NCBI GenBank assembly: GCA_963662585.1
Contig: OY759729.1
Span: forward strand, 2,592,001-2,656,000
Source: Candidatus Cloacimonadales bacterium
GTDB taxonomy: Bacteria; Cloacimonadota; Cloacimonadia; Cloacimonadales; JAFGVF01
Direction: 5' to 3'
Length of the DNA: 64,000 bases
Positions 21,265-30,233 of the stretch are shown one piece after another (positions within the stretch are counted from its first letter, which is position 1; each line of letters opens with the position of its first letter). Under the pieces are notes generated by a model, which was not told the DNA's origin, made no database searches, and worked only from the letters and a program-made list of their open reading frames with translations. Position numbers and translations under genes: made by a program.

Positions 21265-21799
21265 ATTTGAAGAAAAACTTATTAATCTTAAAATCCCAGA
21301 GATATCAGATAAATATCTAGAGTATGAACTTAAAGAGAAATTGGAAAAGAAGTTTTTTTATAATAAGTTCAAGCTACCATATCAGCTAGCTTTTGGCAGT
21401 GCGATCGCCATGTTAATACTTACTATTAGTTTTGTGGTAAATCCTAATATTGCAGGTAAGATAAATAATGCTATTAGTGGAAAAAATCCCCAACAAATAG
21501 CTGAAACAGATCTTGTCCCTAGCCATGATAATCATCCAGAAACTGTTGAAGCTTGGCAAGGCTTTGAAGGTTTAGCTCAGTTAGATAAGAATAATGAGAA
21601 TATGATAAATGAAAAGACTAAAACCATTACTGATGAAAATGGAGAAATAAAAACTATCAAATATCTAAATCCTGATGATTTTGAAGAAGGTAAAGTATAT
21701 ATGATTAGAAAATATAAATCACCTGACCAACAAGGTATCATTATGATTAACGAAATCGAGAATAGATCTTCCTCAAAAGGTGTAATCCGCAAAATGTGA
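21257..21799 (+). CDS. Putative anti-sigma factor (single TM)
   Basis: Overlaps the sigma gene stop; one TM helix near residues 44-61. Confidence 0.6.
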   Translation: MDKFEEKLINLKIPEISDKYLEYELKEKLEKKFFYNKFKLPYQLAFGSAIAMLILTISFVVNPNIAGKINNAISGKNPQQIAETDLVPSHDNHPETVEAWQGFEGLAQLDKNNENMINEKTKTITDENGEIKTIKYLNPDDFEEGKVYMIRKYKSPDQQGIIMINEIENRSSSKGVIRKM

Positions 21800-21806
21800 G
21801 GTTAAT

Positions 21807-22529
21807 GTGAAGAAAATTTATTTCCAGACAATTCTAATACTTGTTTTCACTCTTATGGCTATTTCAGCATATTCAGAGGTTTATCTTGGTGTTTATCTTA
21901 CTGAATTTGACTCTAAAACCGACTATGATATTACTCAACCAGATTATGGATTAAAAGTTCATAAGGTGATTGAAAATTCCCCTGCTGATGAGGCTGATTT
22001 GCAAGATGGTGATATAATCCTAGAATTGGAGAATCAAAAATTAACTACTATTGACCAATTAGTAGATATTCTTAAAAAAAATAAAATAGGTGATTCTGTT
22101 GAAATTAAATACTTCAGAAATAATAAGACTTTTGCTACTAAACTGAAGTTAGCTAATAAAGAAAAAACAGAAATTTCTAATATTGAAGATAGAATTAAAG
22201 AACTCTTAAGTCAAAGCAAGACTTTTATCTTCAGATATGAATCCCAAGATGATAATGTGATTGGGATAGAGATTTCTCCAGTTAACACGGATAGTCTAGG
22301 CGTTAGAATTGCCAAAGTTCTACCCAAATCACCTGCTGATAAGGCAAATTTACAAGTAGGTGATATTATTACTAATATCAATGGTGCCCAGATAAGCAAG
22401 ACCACTGAAGTTATAGACACTATCCAGAAAGCTGAAGCTGGGACATATATTACTCTGGAGTTTTTACGCAATAATAAACTCAATAAAATTCAAGTTGAAG
22501 TAGTAAAAAGAAAATCAATTTTTGAGTAG
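21807..22529 (+). CDS. Secreted tandem-PDZ protein without a protease domain
   Basis: Signal peptide; two SPAxxAxLQxGDII repeats. Confidence 0.85.
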   Translation: MKKIYFQTILILVFTLMAISAYSEVYLGVYLTEFDSKTDYDITQPDYGLKVHKVIENSPADEADLQDGDIILELENQKLTTIDQLVDILKKNKIGDSVEIKYFRNNKTFATKLKLANKEKTEISNIEDRIKELLSQSKTFIFRYESQDDNVIGIEISPVNTDSLGVRIAKVLPKSPADKANLQVGDIITNINGAQISKTTEVIDTIQKAEAGTYITLEFLRNNKLNKIQVEVVKRKSIFE

Positions 22530-22558
22530 TATAATTAAAGCGAAAATAAGATTCTCTC

Positions 22559-23064
22559 TCTTTCGTCCGAAGTCCCTTGCCTACGGCTGAGGAACTCCGG
22601 TCTCCAACTGCTCACTGTCTTTCGTCCGAAGTCCCTTGCCTACGGCTGAGGAACTCCGGTCTCCAACTGCTGCTCACGGTCTTTCGCCCGAAGTCCCTTG
22701 TCTACGGCTGAGGAACTCCGGTCTCCAACTACTCACGGTCTTTCGTCCGAAGTCCCTTGCCTACGGCTGAGGAACTCCGGTCTCCAACTGCTGCTCACGG
22801 TCTTTCGTCCGAAGTCCCTTGCCTACGGCTGAGGAACTCCGGTCTCCAACTGCTGCTGACGGTCTTTCGTCCGAAGTCCCTTGCCTACGGCTGAGGAACT
22901 CCGGTCTCCAACTGCTCACTGTCTTTCGTCCGAAGTCCCTTGCCTACGGCTGAGGAACTCCGGTCTCCAACTGCTGCTCACGGTCTTTCGCCCGAAGTCC
23001 CTTGCCTACGGCTGAGGAACTCCGGTCTCCGACAACTCAACTTTCTTTCGCCCGAAGTCCCTTG
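22559..23064. repeat. Tandem array of 8 full and 1 partial GC-rich units of 59-62 bp
   Basis: Unit TCTTTCGYCCGAAGTCCCTTGCCTACGGCTGAGGAACTCCGGTCTCCAAC plus a short linker, starting at 22559, 22618, 22680, 22739, 22801, 22863, 22922, 22984 and 23044. Confidence 0.97.
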
Positions 23065-23067
23065 TCA

Positions 23068-23110
23068 GATTACTTTTTTTTCTGAGACCCATTTTACTTG
23101 AAAGATTGCC
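23068..23110 (-). repeat. Conserved ~42-bp leader adjoining the array
   Basis: Reverse complement GGCAATCTTTCAAGTAAAATGGGTCTCAGAAAAAAAAGTAATC matches 11738-11776 and 54048-54089. Confidence 0.85.
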
Positions 23111-23237
23111 AAATTTTCTATCCAAATCTCTTTAAGAGCCCTAGAGGAAATTAGTATCATCTAACAAATATAGTAATGTAAAACTGTAATAAATCCTACT
23201 TTAAAGCCAATAAAATATAATAAGCAAAAAAAAGTAT

Positions 23238-23304
23238 TTGACAAATTGTTAGTGCTTTCTAACATGGAGACAAAATTAAATAATTGTTAGTTATCTATAA
23301 CTAA
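23238..23304 (+). promoter_or_regulatory. Sigma70 promoter overlapped by two palindromic operator candidates
   Basis: TTGACA at 23238; TGTTAG-N6-CTAACA at 23247-23264; TTAGTTAT-CT-ATAACTAA at 23287-23304. Confidence 0.55.
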
Positions 23305-23317
23305 TTAAGGAGTCATT

Positions 23318-24331
23318 ATGAAAAAGTTAGTTTTATTACTTACTCTAATTTCTTGTTTTCTTGTTGTTAATGCCCAAATACAAATGCCACAGTTGCATAC
23401 GGGAATAATGTTAGATTTGAATACTTATCAAGGGCACAGTGCCAATAATGGAGATTATAATACTTCAAATAAGTTTAAAATCAGAAAAGCCACAATAAAC
23501 GCTAGTGGTACAATCGGGGAAAATACAGATTATGCCATTGAAACAGGTATCTGTTCTTGTGCAGGTAGTGGGGGGCAGTGGCAACTCCTTGAAGCTGAAA
23601 TTGGTTATCATTTGAATGATAATATTACAGTAAGTATCAAGCAGGGCCATGTTTTAAGAGGTTTTTCTGCTTCGACAGAATGTCTTGTCAGGGTACCTTC
23701 TGAAAGACCTGATTTTGTTTTAGCTATGTCAACATGTCATCCATTAGGTTTTGTTGCAAATTTCCAGTATGAACTTCCTTACAATGCAGATATCGAGTTT
23801 GAGACAGCTTTTATGAATGGTGATACGACTTTGGATGGAGAAAAAGACTATAATTTCGGAACAATATTAAACACTCCTCTTTCCGGTTTAGCTCTAACCG
23901 GGGTTTATAATTTGGTAGAGAAAAAATATTACTTAGATGGAGGAATGAAGAGTGAAGAGGGATACAGAGCAATTGGTGGTATTAAATATGATTTTTATGA
24001 TTTCAATATAACTGCTGAATATTTTACTGGTAAGGGATTTCAAACAAAAGATACAGAGAATGATGCCTATTATCTCTTAGGAAGTTATAGGCTTAACACT
24101 AATTTCAGCAAGCGCATTGAGTATATTCAGCCTTATGCTAGATATTCATTTTGGGATAAAGCAGCTCAATCAAGCAGGGGGGAAGACTACGATTATCTTG
24201 ATTTAGGTTTGGTAATATCTTTGGATGCATATACTAAATTAAACTTTAACTACAAGGACACCATATCATTACCTAAAGATATGGAAGAGCTTCCTTCAAT
24301 GTTTACTGCCAGAATTCAAGTAAGTATTTAG
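23318..24331 (+). CDS. Porin-like outer-membrane beta-barrel (OprO/P-like), Cys-containing
   Basis: Signal peptide, FKIRKATI N-terminal strand, amphipathic strands, QPYARY, terminal strand ARIQVSI. Confidence 0.65.
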   Translation: MKKLVLLLTLISCFLVVNAQIQMPQLHTGIMLDLNTYQGHSANNGDYNTSNKFKIRKATINASGTIGENTDYAIETGICSCAGSGGQWQLLEAEIGYHLNDNITVSIKQGHVLRGFSASTECLVRVPSERPDFVLAMSTCHPLGFVANFQYELPYNADIEFETAFMNGDTTLDGEKDYNFGTILNTPLSGLALTGVYNLVEKKYYLDGGMKSEEGYRAIGGIKYDFYDFNITAEYFTGKGFQTKDTENDAYYLLGSYRLNTNFSKRIEYIQPYARYSFWDKAAQSSRGEDYDYLDLGLVISLDAYTKLNFNYKDTISLPKDMEELPSMFTARIQVSI

Positions 24332-24340
24332 GAGAATAGA

Positions 24341-25219
24341 ATGAGAAATATTTTATTTATATTATTAACACTGCTATCTTTTGGATTATCTGCTGAAAAT
24401 ATTACATTCTACCCAACTAATGATAATTATACTGATGCTGAACATCCTGGTACAGACAATGTCATTACTGAATTATGGACAGCAAACTTTATTCCTGCAG
24501 GAAATTTTCAGAGAATCAATATTGATTTTGAGATTAGTGAATATCTACATGATGACTTTCAAAGTGCTGAGTTAAAATTAACTAGGTTTTTTTCTTGTCC
24601 TTCTACAGGTAGTACTTTAGTTAAATTGTATCCGATAACTCAGGCTTGGGATGAATCTACTTGCAATCTCCATCAACATTTAAGTTATGATGAAAATATC
24701 TTTACTCAATTCAATTTATCAGGTACTCCTGGGTCAAGTATCCAACAATTTTCTTTGAACCTAACAAGTATAATTCAGTTAATCATTGATAATGATATGG
24801 ACTTTTATGGATTCGTAATGATAGCTGATGAGAATCAAAAATTCAGTAAATTTTATTCCAAAGAGCATGCAAATATTGAATATAGACCAGTTTTAGAAAT
24901 TACTTCTTCTCCTGTTAGTAACGAAAATGTTAACACCATTATCTCTTCACTTGAAATAACAGCTTTTCCTAATCCATTCAACCCAACAACAACAATAGAA
25001 TTTGACAATCCATTGGGGCAACTCGTTGAAGTAGCTATCTATAATATTAGAGGGAGATTGGTAAAGAAAGTTTCTGGGATTGAAGTGGATGCAGAAAAAA
25101 ATAGAGTAATGTGGAATGGGCTTGATGAAAGTAATAAAAAAGTTTGTAGTGGAATCTACTTATGCCAGGTTAAAGTTGGAAACAATTTAGCAACAGCAAA
25201 ATTAGTACTTCAAAAATAG
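24341..25219 (+). CDS. Secreted DNRLRE/CBM96-like domain protein with FlgD/T9SS-like tail
   Basis: Signal peptide; SAELKL, ITQAWDE, FYSKE...RPVLEI; FPNPFNP tail. Confidence 0.7.
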   Translation: MRNILFILLTLLSFGLSAENITFYPTNDNYTDAEHPGTDNVITELWTANFIPAGNFQRINIDFEISEYLHDDFQSAELKLTRFFSCPSTGSTLVKLYPITQAWDESTCNLHQHLSYDENIFTQFNLSGTPGSSIQQFSLNLTSIIQLIIDNDMDFYGFVMIADENQKFSKFYSKEHANIEYRPVLEITSSPVSNENVNTIISSLEITAFPNPFNPTTTIEFDNPLGQLVEVAIYNIRGRLVKKVSGIEVDAEKNRVMWNGLDESNKKVCSGIYLCQVKVGNNLATAKLVLQK

Positions 25220-25227
25220 AGATTATT

Positions 25228-25716
25228 ATGAAGTATTTTATTATCACTATAATTCTAATGATTACCTGCAGACTTACAGGATTAGATAACCATGAACTAC
25301 TTGTAGAATATATAGAAAATTCTGAAGATTTTGTTACATACAATCTAGTTAATGAAGAAGAAGCTAGTTATTTGAAAGCTGAAAATCATCAAGGGGAGAT
25401 TAGTTATATATTTATTAGCAGGGAAGTTGAAGAAGTTAGAGGCTATCAATCTAAAAGTAAGATTATATTGCATGTAAATAAAGATAAAATAATTCAAGAA
25501 GCAAAGCTATTTCGAAGCAAAGATACTCCATCCTTTGTAAAAAGAATTCAAAGAAGCAATTTTTTTCAACAATTTGTTGGTTGGAATGGTAATCGTGAGA
25601 TAATAGCAGTTACTGGAGCTACGATTACATGCAATGCTGTGGAAACTTCAATAAGCAATATGCTAAAAAGAATAAAAGAAGTCACTCTAATAGGTGAAAA
25701 AAATTCTGAGCCATAA
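25228..25716 (+). CDS. Exported FMN-binding (flavinylation) domain protein
   Basis: Signal peptide; GY, DTP, FFQQFVG and AVTGATIT ([S/T]GAT motif). Confidence 0.75.
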   Translation: MKYFIITIILMITCRLTGLDNHELLVEYIENSEDFVTYNLVNEEEASYLKAENHQGEISYIFISREVEEVRGYQSKSKIILHVNKDKIIQEAKLFRSKDTPSFVKRIQRSNFFQQFVGWNGNREIIAVTGATITCNAVETSISNMLKRIKEVTLIGEKNSEP

Positions 25717-25726
25717 GCATATCCTA

Positions 25727-25759
25727 AAGGTAGGGGTTATAATTATTAACTCCTACCTT
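25727..25759. terminator. Hairpin between convergent genes
   Basis: AAGGTAGGGGTTA...TAACTCCTACCTT. Confidence 0.65.
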
Positions 25760-25781
25760 ACTGTCTTAAGTTTGTTTTGAT

Positions 25782-26279
25782 CTAATATAAAAATGAATTA
25801 ACACCAACTTTTATATTAGTATTGATAGATTCATTATTATAGAGTTTTCTAATCTCTAATAGATTTAGTACATCATAGCCATTTTTTGCTAAAAACTTTA
25901 ACATCTTATGATTATTAGGATGGACATGGATAAAAGCTGTCTCTTTGCCATAATCAACAGCTCGCTTATTAACTATCTCTAACAGAGAACTTGCCACAGA
26001 GTTTCTTCTTTCTGCTTTATGAACAAAGAGTTGATCTAGCCAGACTGTTTTATCAAATATTTTAAGTATAGCATAACCGATAATAGTGTTGGATTTAACT
26101 GCTATGTATATTTCGTAGTCAGAGCTAAAGTACTCAGCTAATTCCTCTACTGCTTGGGATAAACTATAATTAAGTTTTCTTTTCTTTAAGAGAGCTAATT
26201 CATTTCTAAACTCTGCTAAGAGAAAACTCAAATCATTATTATACTTTTCTTCACTATTTATTTTTATTATTTTCATCAT
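25782..26279 (-). CDS. GNAT acetyltransferase
   Basis: LFVHKAERRNSVASSLL motif A; NHKMLKFLAKNGY motif B. Confidence 0.85.
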   Translation of the reverse strand: MMKIIKINSEEKYNNDLSFLLAEFRNELALLKKRKLNYSLSQAVEELAEYFSSDYEIYIAVKSNTIIGYAILKIFDKTVWLDQLFVHKAERRNSVASSLLEIVNKRAVDYGKETAFIHVHPNNHKMLKFLAKNGYDVLNLLEIRKLYNNESINTNIKVGVNSFLY

Positions 26280-26390
26280 ATTAACCTCATAAATTAACTA
26301 AATTATGGAGATTAATCCAATTATGTCAAGAAAAATCAGTAAATTGAGATTTTTTTATTGACATAATAGAAGAATAGATTATATTGATTA

Positions 26391-26559
26391 TAATATTCGA
26401 AACAAAAGGATTAGTCTGCTTGTTTGGAATTTTAAAGATATTCTAAAATCCTGAGATTAAGGTAAAATACTAAATTCAAGGGATGGAGAAAAAGAGATAA
26501 TGATAATTACTGGCTAATTATAAATATTATTACTCCGTCCTGATGACGGAGTTTTTTTT
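26391..26559 (+). promoter_or_regulatory. Structured 5' leader with terminator/antiterminator (candidate riboswitch or attenuator)
   Basis: TTGACA (26358) / TATATT (26380) promoter; hairpins at 26395-26430 and 26448-26484; terminator ACTCCGTC-CTGAT-GACGGAGT with a T-run abutting the ATG at 26560. Confidence 0.6.
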
Positions 26560-26808
26560 ATGGAAAAAAAAGTAAGAACAGTGACGATTACAGTTCATGA
26601 CAGAGAGAAATCTTTTCAACAAGTTTCTTCTATCTTGCACGATTTAGCTGATAATATTATGTTAAGAGTTGGCTATCCTATGCCTGATCAAAACATATCT
26701 ATCATCTTTATTATTATTAAATTAACAAATGACGAATTAGGTGCTTTCACTGGAAAATTAGGTCAAATCACATCAGTAGATGTAAAATCAACAAGTTTAA
26801 AAATATAA
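26560..26808 (+). CDS. TM1266-family putative iron-only hydrogenase system regulator
   Basis: 82 aa ACT-like protein, RVGYP, GAFTGKLGQI, directly before hydG. Confidence 0.8.
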   Translation: MEKKVRTVTITVHDREKSFQQVSSILHDLADNIMLRVGYPMPDQNISIIFIIIKLTNDELGAFTGKLGQITSVDVKSTSLKI

Positions 26809-26825
26809 CAAATAGAGGTATTACA

Positions 26826-28238
26826 ATGGTTAAAATTGACACACGCGGACTCGAATCATTTATCCCAGAACAAGAGATATTTGATTATTTAGAAAAAACT
26901 AAGAATCCTACTAAAGCTAGAGTAAAAGAGATTATTGCTAAATCACTTAACAAAAACAGATTAAGTCCTGAAGAAACAGCAACTTTGATTAATTGCGAAG
27001 ACCCTGAACTTATCCAGGAAATCTATAAAGGTGCTCGTGCATTAAAAGAGAAAATATATGGCAACAGAATTGTTTTATTTGCTCCGTTATATGTTGGGAA
27101 TGAATGTGTAAATGACTGTGCTTATTGTGGTTTTAGAATTTCTAATAAAGAGACTCATAGGAACACTTTAACTATGGATCAATTAGGTGAGGAAGTAGAA
27201 GCTTTAGAAGCACTTGGTCATAAACGCTTAATCATGGTTTATGGTGAACACCACATGTACTCTCCTGAATTTATCAGAGATACAGTGTTAAAGACTTATG
27301 CCACAAAAGTAGGTAAAGGTGAAATTCGTCGTGTTAACATTAATGCTGCACCTCTAGATATCGAAGGTTTTAAAACTGTTAAATCTTCAGGTATAGGAAC
27401 TTATCAGATTTTTCAAGAGACTTATCACCAAGAATCCTATAAGAAATTCCATCCATCAGGACCTAAAAGTAACTATTTATGGAGACTTTACGGCTTAGAT
27501 AGAGCTATGGAGGCAGGAATAGATGATCTTGGTATTGGTGCTTTAATGGGCTTGTATGATTGGAGATTTGAAGTTATGGGACTTCTCTATCATACTATTC
27601 ATTTAGAAAATAAGTATAACATTGGACCTCACACAATTTCTTTCCCTAGGATTGAACCTGCTAATAATACAGAAATTACTGAACAACCACCTTATGCTGT
27701 TTCAGATGATGATTTCAAGAAATTAGTAGCTATTCTGCGTTTAGCTGTACCTTACACTGGATTAATTCTAACTGCTAGAGAATCTATTGCTATCAGAAAT
27801 GAAGTGATTGCTTTTGGTGTATCCCAAATTGATGCTGGTTCTAGTATTGGTATTGGTGATTATTCTCATAAAGATGAAGAGAGCTTTAAGAAGAGTCAGT
27901 TTGTCTTAGGTGATCAGCGTTCACTTGATGATGTAATAAGAGAATTAGCAACTCATGGTTTCCTTCCTTCTTTCTGTACTGCCTGTTATCGTTTAGGTAG
28001 AACTGGAGAACATTTCATGGAGTTTGCTATCCCTGGTTTTGTTAAGAAGTTCTGTACTCCTAATGCTATATTAACAGTTTCAGAATATGTTCATGATTAT
28101 GCTACTGAAGAGACAATTAAGGCTGTTACTGAACAAATTCAGCGTGAAATAGAAGATTTTGAAGATGAGAAGATTAAACAAGAGCTTAAAGATAAGTTAG
28201 TAAGAGTGGCTAATGGAGAGCGCGATCTTTACTTCTAA
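26826..28238 (+). CDS. hydG: [FeFe]-hydrogenase maturase HydG (radical SAM)
   Basis: FAPLY, CVNDCAYC, FQETYH, GPHTISFPR, C-terminal CTACYR...FC second cluster, GERDLYF end. Confidence 0.93.
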   Translation: MVKIDTRGLESFIPEQEIFDYLEKTKNPTKARVKEIIAKSLNKNRLSPEETATLINCEDPELIQEIYKGARALKEKIYGNRIVLFAPLYVGNECVNDCAYCGFRISNKETHRNTLTMDQLGEEVEALEALGHKRLIMVYGEHHMYSPEFIRDTVLKTYATKVGKGEIRRVNINAAPLDIEGFKTVKSSGIGTYQIFQETYHQESYKKFHPSGPKSNYLWRLYGLDRAMEAGIDDLGIGALMGLYDWRFEVMGLLYHTIHLENKYNIGPHTISFPRIEPANNTEITEQPPYAVSDDDFKKLVAILRLAVPYTGLILTARESIAIRNEVIAFGVSQIDAGSSIGIGDYSHKDEESFKKSQFVLGDQRSLDDVIRELATHGFLPSFCTACYRLGRTGEHFMEFAIPGFVKKFCTPNAILTVSEYVHDYATEETIKAVTEQIQREIEDFEDEKIKQELKDKLVRVANGERDLYF

Positions 28239-28368
28239 ATCAATGTAATACAGATAAATCAATAATTTAAGCTAACAGCTTTCTCTTATAAAAAAAGAAA
28301 AAATTCAACTTTTTCTTGACATAAAAGCAAGTTGTTAATAAAAAGGTTTTACTTATCTGAAAAGATGT

Positions 28369-28444
28369 GGCGGGATAGCTCAGTTGGTAGAGCAGAGGCC
28401 TGAAAAGCCTTGTGTCCCCAGTTCAAGTCTGGGTCTTGCCACCA
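28369..28444 (+). tRNA. tRNA-Phe (GAA)
   Basis: 76-nt cloverleaf, anticodon loop CTGAAAA, GTTCAAG T-loop, encoded CCA. Confidence 0.95.
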
Positions 28445-28469
28445 TTAAATTAAAGAAATGTACAAAATT

Positions 28470-28545
28470 GGCGGGATAGCTCAGTTGGTAGAGCAGAGGC
28501 CTGAAAAGCCTTGTGTCCCCAGTTCAAGTCTGGGTCTTGCCACCA
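28470..28545 (+). tRNA. tRNA-Phe (GAA), identical second copy
   Basis: Identical to 28369-28444. Confidence 0.95.
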
Positions 28546-28553
28546 TAAATTAT

Positions 28554-28582
28554 GGCACTCAACATCGAGTGCCGTTTTTTTT
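28554..28582 (+). terminator. tRNA operon terminator
   Basis: GGCACTC-AACATC-GAGTGCC plus a T-tract. Confidence 0.85.
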
Positions 28583-28614
28583 ATTAGAAACCGGATAATC
28601 TCTGAGGAGACAAA

Positions 28615-30153
28615 ATGTATTTAATCAAGAATATTTCAACCCGTTTAGCCCATCACCCTGATTTAGCAAAAGTAATAGCTCACAAATTCGAAATTACTGA
28701 ATCAGATTTTAGAATTGTTAATATTGTTCGTAGATCTATTGATAGTAGAAAGAGAAATAATGTATGGTTAAACTATACTGTAGAAGCTCAATTCTATGGT
28801 AAAGTACCAGTTCATAATGATATAGTAGAAGTTTTAGAAAAGAAAGAAAAGATGGTAGAAGCTATCAATCTATCAGATAAAAATCCTGTAATTATAGGGT
28901 GTGGTCCGTCATCTTTATTTGCTGGATTAGCTTTAATTGAAGAGGGATTTGCTCCTCATTTTTACGAACAAGGTGAGAGGATTGAAGCTCGTGATGAAAA
29001 GGTTGAATATCTTTGGTTACATAATCAACTTGACCCCAACTCAAATGTTCAGTTTGGTGAAGGTGGAGCCGGTGCCTATTCTGATGGAAAGTTAACTGCT
29101 CGTAATAGAGACAAATATTCTGATAAAATATATAACTATCTTACTCAATTTGGTGCTGATAAAAGAATCAGTATTGATGCTTTACCTCATCTTGGTACAG
29201 ATGGCATTAAGAAAGTTACGGCTAATATAATAAGTTATCTTGAAGAGAATGGAGCAGTCTTTCATTTTTCTCATAAGCTAACTGATATCAAGAGAGTTGA
29301 TAATCGCCTAGAGTTAACTATTAATAATGAAAAAATAACTCCGGAAATATGTCTTCTCGGTATAGGTAACTCAGCAAGAGAACTATTTACTAAAATGCAT
29401 GAGAATAATATAGCTATGGAAGCTAAATCTTTTGCTATTGGTTTCCGTATTGAACATAGTCAAGAGTTTCTTAACAATCTTTTCTATGGAGATAAGTGTG
29501 ATTTTAATGTTACTGGTCCAGCTACTTACAGATTAACTGCTAAAGCAGGGGAACATAGTGTTTATAGTTTCTGTATGTGTCCTGGTGGTTCTGTTGTTTG
29601 TGGTTCTTCAGAAGCAAACAGTATTGTTACTAATGGAATGAGTTTTTCAGAACGCGATGGTAGGTATGGTAATTCAGCTATAGTCGCCTCAATTGAACCA
29701 AGACATTTTGGTACAGATGTTTTAGCTGGTATGCAGTTACAGAGATCTATTGAAGAAAAAGCTTTTAGAGAATTTTATAATGCTCCTGCTCAGGTAGGTC
29801 GTGATTTCCTTAAAAATAAATTAACTGCTAAGTTACCTAAAACAACTTACAGGCCAGGTGTTTATAGCAGAAGTATGGGCGAATTATTCCCACTTTATGT
29901 TACTAAAGCATTAGTTACAGGAATGAAGCATCTAAATAAGAGATATCAAGGTTTTGTAGATAATGGTGTGCTTATAGGTCCTGAAACAAGAACATCTTCA
30001 CCTGTTAGAATCTTAAGAGATCATCAAACTTGCGAAAGTATTAATACACCAGGCTTATACCCAATTGGGGAAGGCGCTGGCTATGCAGGTGGAATTATCT
30101 CTTCAGCTGTAGATGGAATGAAGGTTGCTGGCAGATTTAAACTTAAGAAATAG
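28615..30153 (+). CDS. Uncharacterised FAD-dependent oxidoreductase
   Basis: IIGCGP, NVQFGEGGAGAYSDGKL, SFCMCPGG, ETRTSSP, GEGAGYAGGI. Confidence 0.9.
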   Translation: MYLIKNISTRLAHHPDLAKVIAHKFEITESDFRIVNIVRRSIDSRKRNNVWLNYTVEAQFYGKVPVHNDIVEVLEKKEKMVEAINLSDKNPVIIGCGPSSLFAGLALIEEGFAPHFYEQGERIEARDEKVEYLWLHNQLDPNSNVQFGEGGAGAYSDGKLTARNRDKYSDKIYNYLTQFGADKRISIDALPHLGTDGIKKVTANIISYLEENGAVFHFSHKLTDIKRVDNRLELTINNEKITPEICLLGIGNSARELFTKMHENNIAMEAKSFAIGFRIEHSQEFLNNLFYGDKCDFNVTGPATYRLTAKAGEHSVYSFCMCPGGSVVCGSSEANSIVTNGMSFSERDGRYGNSAIVASIEPRHFGTDVLAGMQLQRSIEEKAFREFYNAPAQVGRDFLKNKLTAKLPKTTYRPGVYSRSMGELFPLYVTKALVTGMKHLNKRYQGFVDNGVLIGPETRTSSPVRILRDHQTCESINTPGLYPIGEGAGYAGGIISSAVDGMKVAGRFKLKK

Positions 30154-30190
30154 TTGAGATAAATAATTATTTAAGAAAATATATAGAGAA

Positions 30191-30216
30191 AAAGCTCCCA
30201 CTAAAATGGGAGCTTT
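30191..30216. terminator. Bidirectional terminator
   Basis: AAAGCTCCCA-CTAAAA-TGGGAGCTTT between convergent genes. Confidence 0.8.
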
Positions 30217-30233
30217 AATTTATAGGAAGTTAT

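Noticed and set aside
22559..23064. CRISPR array
   Set aside because: The ~50-bp core is separated by only ~9-12 bp near-identical linkers; there are no unique spacers and no cas genes in the window.
26440..26490. TPP riboswitch (CTGAGA present; HydG is a ThiH homologue)
   Set aside because: The other TPP elements (P2/P3 context, CCTGA...GxAAT...GCGxAGGGA) are absent, and the protein has the HydG-specific C-terminal cluster motif.
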